Shown piece by piece: positions 12,132-25,780 of a stretch of DNA of 64,000 bases. The translations under genes and the position numbers were made by a program. The notes beneath the pieces were generated by a model. That model was not told the DNA's origin. It was given only the letters and a program-made list of their open reading frames with translations, and made no database searches. The DNA lies in NCBI RefSeq assembly GCF_018977255.1, contig NW_024704742.1, positions 136,960,001 through 137,024,000 of the forward strand, read 5' to 3'. Within the stretch, counting starts at the first letter, position 1; each line of letters begins with the position of its first letter. The DNA is from Callorhinchus milii. Taxonomy: Eukaryota.

Positions 12132-13535
12132 CAACAACAACTTGCATTTATAAGTGCTGTTACTCGGGGTAGTGTCCCAGAGCGCTTCACAGTGGTAGAG
12201 TCTGACAACGAACTGGATGGTGCATGGCCACCGATGGTGGAGCGGAGAGTACGAGGGATAAACAGGAGGCGGGAGCCAGCTGAGAGGCAGTGGGTGGTGG
12301 AGTGGGGAGTAGGCATGAAGGGATTTGAAAATACTTCAGATCCATTAGAATATATTGCACAGAAACAGGCCATTCGGCCCAACTGGTGTTTATGCTCAAC
12401 ATGAGGCTCCTCCTGCCCTTCCTCAACTATGCCTTCAAGCATAACCTTCTATTCCTTTCTCCCTCATGTACCTATTTAGCTTTCCCTTTAACTACATTAT
12501 ACTATTTGCCTCAACAAATCCTTGTGGTAGCGTGTTCCACATTCCCACTACTCTCTGTGTGAAGAAATGTCTTCTAACTTGCCTATTTGATCCATTTTAT
12601 GTTGGTTGGTTTTGGTCTCCCCCACAAGTGGAAATATGTCGACCCTATCAAAACCTTTCATCATTTTAAAGACCTCTTATCAGGTCACCCCTTACCCTCC
12701 TCTTTTCAAGAGAAGCATGTTCAGCCTTTCCTGATAATATAACCCCTCAGTTCTGGGATCATCCTTGTGAATAAGTGAGAGGATCTTGAAATCGATCGTT
12801 CGGTGATTAGGAGCCAATGGAGCCTGGCAAGGACTGGGGTGATGGGGGTACAGAGTTTTGTGCGGGTGAGTATCCGCGCGGTGGAGTTTTGAATTAATTG
12901 GATTTTGTGTGTTATGGAACTGGTGAGACTAGCGAGTGGGGGACGGGAATAGTCCAACGTGGAGTCCTGTGGCTCAGTGGTTAGAGCACTCGCTTTGCAA
13001 GTGAGAGACCTGAGTTCAATTCCAGGCAGAGGGCGAAACCTTGGGCAAGTTTCCTTACTCCACACGCCTAATAATAATCCCTCCAAAACTAAAAACAATA
13101 ATAAATTGGTCATTTTCAATCTACGACTGTTTGTGGGACGTTGCTGTGCGCAATTGGCTGCCGCGTTTGCCCACAAATATACAGTCAATTCACTTTACAG
13201 TGTACTCTGTGAAGCGCTTTGGGACGTCCTCCCGACGTGAAAGCGCTATATCAAATGCAAGGATTATTATTATTATTATTAACCAGGAAGTGATGAAGGT
13301 TTGGATGAAGGGTTCAACTGCATCGGTTGTGAGATATGGGCAATGTGGCGGAGGTGGAAAATAAGCGTTCCTTGTCAGGGAACAAAGGAAAGCTATGGAT
13401 TGAACTTGACTCAAGTTGCACAAAGATTCAGAGAGTCTGAGGGAGAGCCTAGGAAGGTTGAGGAGTTTAGACCCACAGGAGAGAAGACGTTGACGGGAGC
13501 CAAAGAATATGGCTTCCGTCTTGCCAAAATTAAGC
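12132..13535 (-). mobile_element. L2 fragment with nested CR1 3' end (~12340-12770) and SINE (12959-13280)
   Basis: Minus-strand IQLIQNSTARILTRTKL, LHWL, IQTFITS; (CAA)n tail at 12132. Confidence 0.75.
12959..13280 (+). mobile_element. Young tRNA-derived SINE, full length
   Basis: Near-identical to 716-1040; flanked by aac/aac. Confidence 0.92.
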
Positions 13536-13981
13536 TTATTGTCGAATGCTTAGGAACCATTATAGGTTCAGGGGATTTAATACAATATCTGTGATTGAAT
13601 TGAGTGATCCCCAGCAGTCATCTGGAATCTGGAGCCGGTGTTTGAATAGTTAAACTGCTTTACACTTTGGTAAGGTGTGTGTAATTTCCCCCCACGCACT
13701 GTGAAATATTAGAGGAAAAATAGCAAGCAGAGGCGGGTTGCGCTGTCACTCTCTGCACTCCCACACACCACCACAGTGGAAGCTGTTGATGAAGCACAAC
13801 CCATAAATTCTTTTAAAATGAATACTTTAATAAAAGAAATATTTAAAGAAATGGGAGAGCAGGAAAGTGGGATTAGATGGCTAAAACCCTAGTACAGACT
13901 TGATGGCATGAATGAGAGTCAGGATGCTTAAGTTACATAAAAGGCTGTGTATAAATAACAGTGATTGTTGTTGAATGACCT

Positions 13982-16886
13982 ATAAGACCATAAGACGTAG
14001 GAGCAGGAGCAGGCCATTTGGCACCTCGAGCCTGCCCCTCCATTTAATAAGATCATGGCTGATCTTCTAACCTAATTCCATTTACCTACCTTATCCCCAT
14101 ACCCCTTAATCCCTCTATCCTTTAGAAATAGATTTATCAACCTCTGTCTTGAATATGTTCAAGTACTGAGCATTCACTACCCTCTGAGTGAAGAAATGTT
14201 TCCTCAACTCAGTTCGAAAAGGCTGACCCTTAATCTTGAGACTATAACCCCTAGTTTTAGATTCTTCAACCAGGGGAAACAGTCTCACGGCATCATCCCT
14301 GTCAAGACCCTTAAGAATCTTATAGGTTTCTATAAGATCACCTCTAATTCTTCTATATTCTAGAAAATATAGGCCTCAACCTATCCTCATAGGTCATCCC
14401 AGGAACCAACCTAGTGAATCTACTCTGCACCCCTTCTAAGGCAAGTATTTCCTTTCTTAAATAAAGAGACCAAACCTGCATACAATATTCTAGGTGGAGT
14501 CTCACCAAGGCCTTATACAACTGCAGCAAGACTTTCCTACTCTTGTATTCTAACCCTTTTGCAATGAACGGATTAGCCTTCCTAGTTACTTGCTGTACCT
14601 GTATACTAACTTTTTGTGTCTGGTGTACAAGGACACCAAAATCCCTCTTAACACTACCTCGTCTCCCCCTCTAGAAAATAATCCGCTTTTCTATTTTTAC
14701 TACCTAGGCGAATAACTTCACACTTCCGCGTTATACTCCCATCTGCTACCTTCTTGCCCACTAACCTAGCCTGTCTATTTCCCTTTGCATTGTTCGTGTG
14801 TCATCCTCACAGCTTACTCTTCCATCTACCTCCGTATCGTCCGCGAATTTAGATATATTAAGTTCTATTTCCTCATCTAAATCATTGATCTAGACTGTAA
14901 ATAATTGAGGCCCAAGCACTGATCCTTGTGGCACTCCACTAGTCACATCCTGCCAATCTGAGAAGGACCAGTTTATCACTACTCTCTGTTTTCTTCCTGT
15001 TTAGCCACTCCCCAATCCATGCTAATATTTTTGCCTTTAATTCCATGAGCTCTAATCTTATGCAACAGCCTTTTATGTGGCACCTTGTTCAAATGGCTTC
15101 TGGAAATCCAAATACACTACATCTACTGGTTCCTCCCTAACCTGATAGTTACAGCCTCAAAAAACTCTGTAAGATTTGTTAAACATGATTTCCATTTCGT
15201 AAAGCCATGTTGACTCTGCCTAATCACGTTATGATTTTCTAAGTACCCCACGACGACGTCCCTAATGAAGCACTCTAAAATTTTCCTTACCACCAATGTC
15301 AGACTAACTGGTCTATAGTTCCCCATTTTTTGTCTCCCACCCTTCTTAAATATCGGTGTTACGTTTGCGACCTTCCAATCACTGGGAACCATTCCAGAAT
15401 CCAGGGAATTTGGAACATCAAAAAAAAGCATCCACTATCTCTGCCGCCACCTCTTTTAAAACCCTAGGATGCAGGCCATCAGGTCCAGGGAGTTTATCGA
15501 TTTTTAATCCTATTAATTACTCTAGTACTATTGCTTTACTGATGTTCGTTTCTTTAATAAGAATAATTATAATAATCCTTGCGTTTGATATAGCGCTTTT
15601 CACGTCGGGAGGACGTCCCAAAGCGCTTCACAGAACACACTGTAAAGTGAATTGACTGTATATTTGTGGACGAACGCGGCAGCCAATTGCGCACAGCAAT
15701 GTCCCACAAACACTCGTAGATTGAAAATGACCAATTTATTATTGGTTTTGGAGGGATTATTATTAGGCTCTGTGTGGAGTAAGGAAACTTGCCCAAGGTT
15801 TCGCCCTCTGCCTGGGATTGAACTCGGGTCTCTCGCTTACAAAGCGATTGCTTTAACCACTGAGCTACAGGACTCCACTAGCATTAGCCTCCAGTTTATT
15901 TTCGTAGGTTTTCAGTGTCCTCTAACGTGAAGACAGAAGCAAAAAAATCATTTAATGACTCAGCCATTTCTTTATTCCCCATTATAATTTCTCCTGTCTC
16001 CGACTGCAATGGACCCACATTCACTTTTGATAGACTCTTCCTCTTCATGTACTTGTAAAAACTCTTACAATGTGACTTTATGTTCCTACCTAGTTTACTC
16101 TCATATTCCATTTTCTCCCTCTTTTCAGTTTCTTGGTTTTCCTTTGCTGAATTCTAAAGCCCTCCCAATCCTCGGGTTTACTGCTCTTTTATGGCAGTAT
16201 TATAGGCCTCTTCTTTTAATTTTATACTTTCCTAACTTCTCTAGTTAGCCAAGGTTGAACCATTTTTCCTGTGGTATTTTTATTATTTAAGGGAATATGT
16301 GATCGCTGGGAATTATGTATCATATCTTTAAACGTTTGCCATTGCTGGTCTACCGTCATTTTTTTAAATCTAATTTCCCAGTCTATTTTAGCCAAACTTT
16401 CTCTCATACCTGCAGAGTTGGGTTTATTTAGATTTAAGACCCTTGCTTCGGATTCAGCTATATCACTCTCTAACTTAATGTTAAATTCCATCGTGTTATG
16501 GTCACTCTGCCATAGAACAGCCTTGTCTTCCAGATGGCTGATTAGCCCTATTTCATTACACAAAACAAGATCTAGGTTAGCCTGTTCACTGGTTGGTTCC
16601 GCAGCATACTGTTCTAGAAAACTATCTCTAATACATTCTAAAAACTCATCCTCTAATTTGGTTTTCACAGTCTATATGAAGATTGAAATCAGCCACTATT
16701 AGTATTCCCCTTGCTACATGCTCCTCTAATTTCCTTTTTAACACCCTGCCCAATACTGTAACTGCTGTTTGGGGGTCTAACTACTCCCACTAGTGTTTTC
16801 TGCCCCTTGTTGTTTCTTACCTCCACCCATACTGACTCTACATCCTGAGTCTGTGCTGTAATAATCTTTGGTTCTATAATTCTCAT
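13982..16886 (-). mobile_element. Decayed CR1 LINE, most of ORF2 (endonuclease C-terminal part and RT) plus 3' end
   Basis: ESVWVEVRNNKG, FLECIRDSFLEQY, LDLVLCNE, SDHN, DWKVANVTPIFKKG, NYRPVSLT, SQHGFTK..SCLTNL; many frameshifts and stops. Confidence 0.92.
15565..15878 (-). mobile_element. Young tRNA-derived SINE nested in CR1
   Basis: Reverse complement of the 716-1040 element. Confidence 0.9.
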
Positions 16887-18784
16887 CCTTCTTTAGTGCA
16901 AACAAGACACCATTAGCAATCCCCTTCTCTTTCCTATAGTGTCAATTGATATTTAAAATCTATCTGAACAGGCAGAGAGGGCCTTGCTTAATATCTCATT
17001 CAAAGGACAATGCCTCTGATAATGCCTCTGATAATGTGTAATTTCCCTTTTTTGCTGGAGTGTTATCCTGCATTGTGATCAAAAACTCCTGACATGCTTC
17101 AGTCCTACATACCTCAGCAGCTGAATTGTTTTCCTCCCTGCCTTCCCTGCTGGAAGGTGCGTGCGGGTATGTTGGGTGGGGTGGCAGGATCAGGCTTCGC
17201 CGTGGTGCTCTGCCCCCACCCAACAGTCAAATAGCCTACAAACTCATGCATGAACAATGGCACTTGGGTGGGGTAACAGGCAACTCTTGTGAAACTCCCC
17301 CAGCAGAAAGAGGAATCTGACGTACTCAGAAGAGGAGGGGGCAGAAAATCAGCAAGAGGAGACAAAAATGTAGCTGATATTAAATGGGTCGCTCTCCCTC
17401 GTGACTGATTGAACCTTCCTCCTGTGCCTTTGTATGTCTGGCCACATTACTTGGGCTTGTTGTGCTGTGGCCTCAGTCTTGCTGAACAGGCAGCTCTGCG
17501 CCTGGAGAAAGAAAACCCATCAGAGACAAAGAGCTGCATGTAAAGTTTCACCCACCCGACTATAAATGGAACTGAAACGTTGCCACCCTTTTGCCTGAAG
17601 ATAAATGTTAGGAATTACAGTAGGCTGGGTGTTTATACAGCCGTAACACAAATAAACAGCCACGTCTAAGTACCCTGTTGCGTCAAAAATACTGTTGTAC
17701 ACTGCAGGATTGCACTGGCCACTGGATGACTGAGGTATGTTGGGTTTGTGTGCATGTGTGCTTTTGTTTTGTAAGGTTAAAAAGCGAACAGGATTGATCT
17801 CTGTCCAATATATCAGCAGCTTAGGCGAGCTTGTCAGTCCGTGAAATATTAACAGCTAGGACACTGTACGATATTAAATTCCCAGCTAAGTCTTTTTGAT
17901 CCCATAAAATCATTGGAGCAAATTGACTTATCTCTCCTCTCTCTCTTTTACTCTCGCTCCCTCCACTTGTCAGCAAGAACTCAAAGATAATTACAAAAAG
18001 AATTAAAGGGGAGTTTAGAAACTATTTTTTACACAGAGTGTGAGTGGGATGTGGAATTCTCTGCCACATAGTTTTTGAGACTGTAATTTTAAAAGGGAAT
18101 CAGATAAATGCTTGAAGAGGAGAGATATAAACCAAGCAGGAGAGTGTGATTAGACTAGGTGACTTGTGTGGAGAAAATCAGCGGAGACTGGATGGGCCAA
18201 ATGACCTGCTTACCTGGTGCTTTGATTTTACGCTGCCATTAATCATTTTAATTACTGTGTGTATGTGTGAGGCAGAGAGTTGTGAATCCAGAGAGAGGTG
18301 AGCTTTTAAAATGAAAGCAAAATCACTTAGTGAATGATTTTTTAAAAATCTAACACAATGTTACTGGAAGATTCATAATTTGCACTTCTCCTGTGCCTTT
18401 CACATGAAAGAAAATCTGAAAGAGCATTTTAATGGAAAAGATGGACAGTGAGTGAGAAGTGTGAAGCATTGAGAGGTACCATCAGTGAGATAAGATTTTA
18501 AGATGTCTTTGAAATCCAGGATGGAGATAGCAAGACAGAGAAAGAATAAGTCAAGTGGGAACAATCAGCAAAGGGAGATTGGATTAGATGGCTCATGTGA
18601 AGATAAAATCAGCAGCAAAGACTTGATGGGCCAAATTGCCCATTTCTGAGCTGTAACTTCTGTGATTTTAAATGTTTTTGTTAGCACTTTAAAAAGAACG
18701 TGTCTGTAAATCACAGAGAGGCCACATCGAGTCACACCTAAAGTAAATTGCAGCATGAAAATGTGTAACAGAATGTAACAGCGT

Positions 18785-18852
18785 AACAGCGCCTTGGGAC
18801 GTCCTCCCGACGTGAAAGGCGCTCTATAAATGGAATCTTGTTGTTGCTGTTG
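18785..18852 (+). mobile_element. Minimal L2 3'-tail insertion
   Basis: cagcgccttgggacgtcctcccgacgtgaaaggcgctctataaatggaatc(ttg)n with no L2 body. Confidence 0.75.
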
Positions 18853-18959
18853 TAATACCCAGTACTCTATAGTTGTGATCCAGGAGCTAAACTCTGGTGC
18901 TTTTTAACAAAAGGAATAAAGATAACAGTTAATGTGATTTGTACATGTCATCTTCGGGC

Positions 18960-21863
18960 ATCAGGCACTGATCACTCAGGACCTCACTATCATCGACAAA
19001 GCGATGTTCGACTATCACTTCATCTCCCTTAACTCCTCAATCCCTCTCCCCACCACCACCCATCTCCATCTCATACTGCCCCTGGAAAAAAATAACCCCC
19101 CTCCCACCCCCCAGTCGGCTGCCTTGGAGTATTCTGAACTCCTTCCCCTCTGGGCGTCCTCCCGTAATGACCTATCCTCCTCGATCACTCTTCTCCACAG
19201 CTCCCTATCTTCCATTCTCGATTTCCTCGCTCCCCTATCTTCCCAAACCATCTCACGCAAATCACCTTGGTACACCAGCCACCTCCGCTTCCTTAAAGCC
19301 CAGCCGCATTCCGCTGAGCGCACCTGGCTTAAATCAAACCTTACTGTCCATCGGCAGATCTGGCTGGACCATGTCAAATCCTAACGCTCCGCTAAATCGT
19401 CGTTCTACTCCAAGATAATCTTGGAGGCTAAGGACAACCCCAGTCTTCTCTTGTCCATCACAAACCAACTCCTCCGCCCACCCTCTCATACCTCACCCAT
19501 CCTCACCTCAAATGCCAACTGCGAGGTGATGCTGGACTTCCTCAAATCCAAAGTCGAGGGAATAAGCTCAGCTGCCTCTTCCACTGCATCTGCTACCCCC
19601 TCCCCATATCCTCCTCCGACCCCGGCCCCTGCTTATCCCTCCACACCTTTAAATCTGTCTCCCCCTCCTCTCTCAACACCACCATAACCCATATGAAACC
19701 TACCACCTGTTCCCTCGACCCCATCCCTACACCCCTCTCCTTACCTCCCAGCTCCACTTCCTTGCCCCTCTACTCACTGACATCGTAAACGTCTCCCTGT
19801 CCTCTGGTACTGTTCCCACCACATTAAAAACCGCTGTGGCTGTCATCACTCCTATCCTTAAAATACCCTCCCTGGACCCTTCTCTACTCCCTAATTATCT
19901 CCCATCTCCAACCTCCCCTTCCTCTCCAAGATCATGGAACGAGTTGTTGCTTCTCAGCTTCACTCCTTCCTCTCCTGTCACTCCCTTCTTGAACCTCTCC
20001 AAGGTTTCCCTGCCGCCCACAGCACAGAAACAACAACAACAACAACAAGATTCCATTTATAGAGTGCCTTTCACGTCGGGAGGACGTCCCAAGGCGCTGT
20101 ACAGTTGGGTCAGGACCTGAGCAAGGGGGAAATGGTCAGGGTGAGGGGAGGGAAGGGAGGGAGCGAGCGAGGAGGGGGTAGAGAGTCGAGAGGGGAGCTG
20201 AAAGCACAGTCAAAGAGAAAGGTCTTGAGACCGGCCTTGAAGGAGGAAAGGGAGGAGGCGGCGAAGGCACTGGGGGATGGAGTTCCAGAGCCTAGGAGCT
20301 GAGAGGCTGAAGGCCTGGCCACCGATGGTAGGGCAGTTGGGGCGGGGGATATGGAGCAGACCGGAGCCAGAGGAACGGAGGGTACGGGCAGGTAGGTAGG
20401 GGATAGTAGGTCGGAGAGGTGGGGAGGGAGCGAGGCCGTAAATGGCCTTGTAGGTGAGGATGAGGATCCTGAAATTGATCCTCTGGGGGATGGGGAGCCA
20501 GTGGAGGCGAGCGAGGGTGGGAGTGATGTGGTCCCGAAGCCTGGTGCGGGACAGTACACGAGCTGCAGAGTCAAAGGTCAAAGTGACAAATGACATTCTG
20601 TCCATCTGCGACCAGGGCTCCCTCTGCCTCCTCGTCCTTCTTGACCTCTCTGCTGCTTTCGACACCGTCAACCACTCTATCCTCATCCATCGCCTCTCCT
20701 CTCACCTCAACCTCCACGGCGCTGTCCTTGACTGGTTCAGATTGTACCTCTCACACCGGCTGCACTTTCCTCTCCTCAAATGGCTTCTTCTCTATCCCCC
20801 AGACTGTCTCGTGCTGCGTTCCTCAGGGCCCTGTCCTTGGTCCCCTCCTCTTCAATATCTATATGCTCCCTCTTGGTGACATCATCTGAAGACATGGGGT
20901 CAACCTCCACATGTATGCGGACGACACCCAATTCTATCTCTCTGCCCTCCACCCTTGACTCCAGGACCACTGCTGCGCTGTCAGACATCAAGTCCTGGAT
21001 GAGAGCTAATTTTCTTCAGTTGAACGTCAACAAGACCGAGGCTCTACTGATTGGCTCCCATCAGCGCCTCCTCACTTCAGGCGCTGATACCATCACCATC
21101 CAAGGTTGCACACTCCACCTTGCTAAGCCAGTCTGGATCCTTGGGGTCTTGTTGGACCCTCAACTATCCTTTCTACCCCACATCCGTGCCATGACCCACT
21201 CTGCCTTCCCCCACCTCCGCAACATCGCCCAACTCCGACACTGTCTCACACCGCAGGCCACCGAAACCCTCATACATGCCTTCATTACATCGAGGCTCGA
21301 CTATGCAAACTCGTTGCTCGTCGGCCACCTCAACTCCTCCCTCCACAGGCTGCAGATCATCCAGAATTCTGCAGCCCATGTCCTTTCCCACACTAGGCTC
21401 CGCGACCCTATCACCCCCATCCTTTCCCAACTCCACTGGCTTCCCATCACACAGAGGATACAGTTCAAGATCCTGATCCTCACCTTCAAAGGCCTCCACG
21501 TTCTTGCTTCCCCCTACCTCTCCAACCTCCTAACCCTTTACCATCCTGTTCGCTCCCTCCGCTCAGCGGGCTCTGGCCTGCTTAATGTCCCACGTCTGGC
21601 TCGCCCCACTATTGGCGAGCAGGCCTTCTGCCACTCTGTCCCCACCCTCTGGAACTCCATCCCGCAGTCCCTCCATCTCACCCCCTCCCTCACCACCTTC
21701 AGGATCCATCCTAAGACCCTCTTTGTCCATGCTTTTGATCTCCCTGCTTCCTCCCACCCTCCACCCTCCCCCACCCTGATCCCCAGCTCGGGTCCATAAC
21801 TCTATCTGTCCAGCAACTTGGGAGTGAAATGCGCTTTACAAATGCAATTTTGTTGTTGTTGTT
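18960..21863 (+). mobile_element. Decayed L2 LINE ORF2, split by an inverted younger L2 3' fragment
   Basis: [71 protein letters not shown]; (TTG)n tail. Confidence 0.92.
20029..20572 (-). mobile_element. Young L2 3' fragment inserted in opposite orientation
   Basis: (CAA)n tail at ~20029; minus-strand [19 protein letters not shown]; highly similar to 29545-30060. Confidence 0.9.
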
Positions 21864-24800
21864 GATTCTTGAGGTGAAACAGTGAAACAAATTTTTCTAT
21901 GCTTGAAACTCTTCTCAAAGGTGATGGGGAGTTGTTGACCAAAGGCACGGTCAGAGAGATACATTTGTAAGTGTTCTTAAGGCACCAAATAAAGCAATAG
22001 AGTTCTGTAGAATTGGGGAATAATGCCTGAAAGCTGAGTTACTGTGCCCCAAACGCCTTGCCTCAATCCCTTTGTCTGTACCCCTCTTTGCTCATCCTTG
22101 GTTCAAATCATATCTAAAGACTTTCCTCTTCGTCCTTGCCTTCGGTAATCTCCCCTTCCTTTCCAGTTGGAATGCCTAAATTATCTGGAGGATTATTGGT
22201 CAGCACAGTGGGAGAAATTGTTAAAAGATTTTATAGAATCTTTATTAGCTTGATAGCGGATTGTTCCTCTTCCTTCTTCCCATTACTGAAGAATGTTACA
22301 GGGAGGAAATTTTATTTTCATCTCCTTCCTCAAAAGCCTTTTTTCTTCCCTGCTGCAGGAAATTGCCTTCTTCATTAACTTGTTAGTGTTTTCCTTTCAG
22401 CTTGGTTTTCAGACACAATTGTCGATAGAAAATAATTAGTGTTTTCTAAACTACTTTTGAAAGCAAAAATCCTTCCAGTCCATTATAGTCCTGTTCATGT
22501 CAGGTCTGACATCTCTCAATCCAAGATCCAATCCTTGAGACCATTGGTATTAAAATATGTGTACAGAAATTTTGAAACATTTTAAATTCCTGCTTAATCT
22601 GGAAGATGGGTCTTTATAATGAAATGTGCAAAATTCAAAATTAAGACGTAATTTAAGAGTTTCCCAAATTTTGTGTTGGTAGTTGATCTCAGCTGAGGTA
22701 GCATTTGGGGTCCTTTAATCAACTTCAAGCATTGTTTCTGATTCTGATCACTATATCGCTATATGTACCCACTGGAAGGTAAACAGGTGTGGGCATTGGC
22801 TGGCATTAATCTTAGTCTTAGTTGTGAAGTTTCTGCCTCATGGACAAATACCCTGGCTGAGACTCAATGTTTTGGCTCACCAGTGAAGGAATGATTCAAG
22901 TAGCAGACATGGTAGGAGTGAGAATGAAGGAAATGTGGAACCTAAGTGTATTCACGAAAAGAGGGAAGAAAACAAATTGAGAAAAGAAGAGAAGTTTAAG
23001 ATTGTGAAATTATTCTGATTATTCCCACTATTTAAAGACTTCATTCCTCCATCAACTCAAATTAATCTAAACAAAATTATCACCACCTGCATTTGATTCC
23101 ACATGCCCCTTAACACAAGTTTCACTGGTTTCCAAGGTGCCCAGTGACTTTGGGATTATTGTCCTGATGTTCAAATCTCTCCCAACTGCTGCCATTTCCT
23201 TTAGCTCCATTTTCCCGTCGATGTCCTCTGCTCTGCTGACTATGATATACTTAGTAATACTAATTCATTGCTTCCGTCCCAACAGTGGGAAGGTCTGAGC
23301 CTTAAGTCAATCTGCCTCTATGCTCTGGACCTCTTGCTCCCTTTGCTTTAACCCCTCCCCATCGTAAATCTTCTTAAAAGGTGCTTTTTATTCAACATTC
23401 TAAAATTTTAAATGTTCTTCTTCCCTCTCTATTTGCTGATCTGTCTCAATTTTGTGAAGAGCTTAGAAATATTTAGGATAGTGAAAGGCTATACAAGTCA
23501 TTTCCTCCGTCTTCCTTAGCTACGGCAGGGGTTAAAAAGGCAAGCTGAACGCACTCTGTAATAGCTTGCTTGTGAGTAGGCAAAATCATGTGTGGCTTAC
23601 TTGTGCCCTCTCTCTTTCCTCCTTCCTAGTCAACAATCCTCCATGTAAATTCACCATTCACCTTAGGCTGTTTGTGGGACCTTGCTGGTACACGTTGCCG
23701 TACAGTCATTCTATCAATTATCTGTGAAGCGCTTTGAGATGTATTGACATTATAAACGCAATCAAATCCAAAGATCGTTATTACAAAAGTTTAAAAACTT
23801 GATTCACTGGGAAGTAGCCGAAACCAACAGGATTTTCAATACTGATGATCCTAGAAATTTTCAGTTCTTTAAGTTAACTATTCGTGACAAATGTTGGGAC
23901 AAAATCATATTATGCTTTCACCAGGATTAGTCTCATTTAAAATGACACCAGGAATCCATCTTAACTAAAACTCCTGTGGCTAAAATATTAAATAGATCCT
24001 GAAAATGTAGGAGCTAATTAAGTGTCACTTTCAGTAGATTAAGATGATAAACGTCTGAATTTCGGTCTTTACTTTCCATATTGTTCGAGCTGTTCATTCG
24101 AGGTCATTGCTTGATGCGCCTCTCCTCCCAATCCTGCCTGTGTTTAATGGTAATGCAGCTAATTAGAGGAGGTGGATTGCTGAATCCATTCACCATGTCC
24201 TTTTCTGCTTGTGCAAGAGAGGAACAAGGAATGTACGAGAAAGCTCAGGAAAGTATTTCAAGGAGAGACAGTAATTTCTTTTATTTTTATAATTTATCCT
24301 CCTACTCAAGACCTCTGCTGTTTTTTAACACGAAGTGTTTGTTCCCTACCCTCTCCATCCATCATTAATCACTTCAGTCTCTGTGCCTCCATTTTCCCAG
24401 TCTCTCCCTTGATCCTTTCCCTGCCTTCACCTTAAAAGATAAAGAGAAAAAATATAGTTAGTATAATGTAGTAATTGCTGTCTCATATCAATATCACTTA
24501 CAATAATAAATCTATCAAAGGGCTTCACAAAGAACTGCTATCAAGAATGTTAACCGTATTTGCAGGCAAACTTTGCAGCCATTTTGTCACGCAAACTCAA
24601 AATGAATGACCAATTTATCTGGAGGATTGTCAGTGAAAATTTGATTCCACTCTCTTCTCCAGCAGTAACCAGAAGTTAGGTTGTATTACATTGTGTATTG
24701 AAGTGACGCATTGAGCAGTGGTAACTGTTTATGCTGTGTGACCCAGGTAGCTGAGAATGGAAATGAATGTGATTTACAAAGTTGTTAGCTTGACAGTGCC

Positions 24801-25404
24801 ACTGAAACTGTTTGCTTCTGTTCTGTTGCTGGCCTGATTCTTGTGGCCGTTATGTGTTTGCTCCCACACACTGACTGCTACCAACAGCAGTGTGCGTAGG
24901 GGCTGAGGAGGCAGAACGCTAGCTCCAGTAGAAAGAAGGTCACTTGCTTATTGATCTCTTACTGAGAAGGAGGCTTACCAGGCGTAATGAGATTTTTTAG
25001 GGAGGTTGATTGAATGGCACACGGAGGATTGTGCGGTGCGGGGGTGTGCTTGCTGGCTTTTTATTTATCTCTGCACAATGATGAACTGGTACCAATTACC
25101 AGCAAAACTGAGTGAATCCTAATTCATACTCTGTAAAGAATACTTGTCAAAAGCACTGAAATCAAAGCGAGGCATCTGCAGTCATAGGCAAGGTTAGTGC
25201 CTTGTGCGCGCCTTGGGAGGGCTCCTATGAGGGTCTTTAGAGGGCTCCTGACAGTGGTCAGTTTCCTAGTGTAGGGCTGCAAGCCTGGTTCAGCCTCCGA
25301 CTACAGTTGGAATGGGTTTGAATTACTAGACCCTGATGTGTGGCGTCTTATGGGGTAGAAATGGCTTATGGTGAGAAAAGATGTCACGTTTGAGTGAATT
25401 TTAT

Positions 25405-25780
25405 AATAATAATAATAATCCTAACGTTTGATGAAGCGCCTTATCACGTCTTCGAGACATCTCAAAGAGCTTCACACAATCTACTGTAACATGAATTGAC
25501 TGTATATTTTGTGGGTGAAACACGGTAGCCAATTGCGCACAGCAGTTTCCTACAAACAGTTGTGGATTGAGTGACAATTTATTATTATTATTTTATTTAA
25601 GCGATTATTAACCCTGGAAAAGCAATCCACCAATCGACTAACAAACGGGTCCCTACTTACTTCCTGCTAGGTAAACAGGCGTATGGAATAAGGAAACTTC
25701 CCAAGATTTTGCCCTGCCCGGGAATCAAACCCAGGTCCTCTTGCTTGTGAGGCGAGTGCTCTAACCACTAAGTTACAGTA
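25405..25780 (-). mobile_element. Intermediate-age tRNA-derived SINE
   Basis: Tail, internal block and tRNA head all recognisable on the minus strand. Confidence 0.8.

Noticed and set aside
17009..17036. 12-bp tandem duplication aatgcctctgat (similar case at 38132)
   Set aside because: Ordinary slippage duplication
20780..21799. 339-aa ORF
   Set aside because: C-terminal fragment of a disrupted L2 ORF2 with upstream stops and frameshifts; neither a host gene nor an intact element
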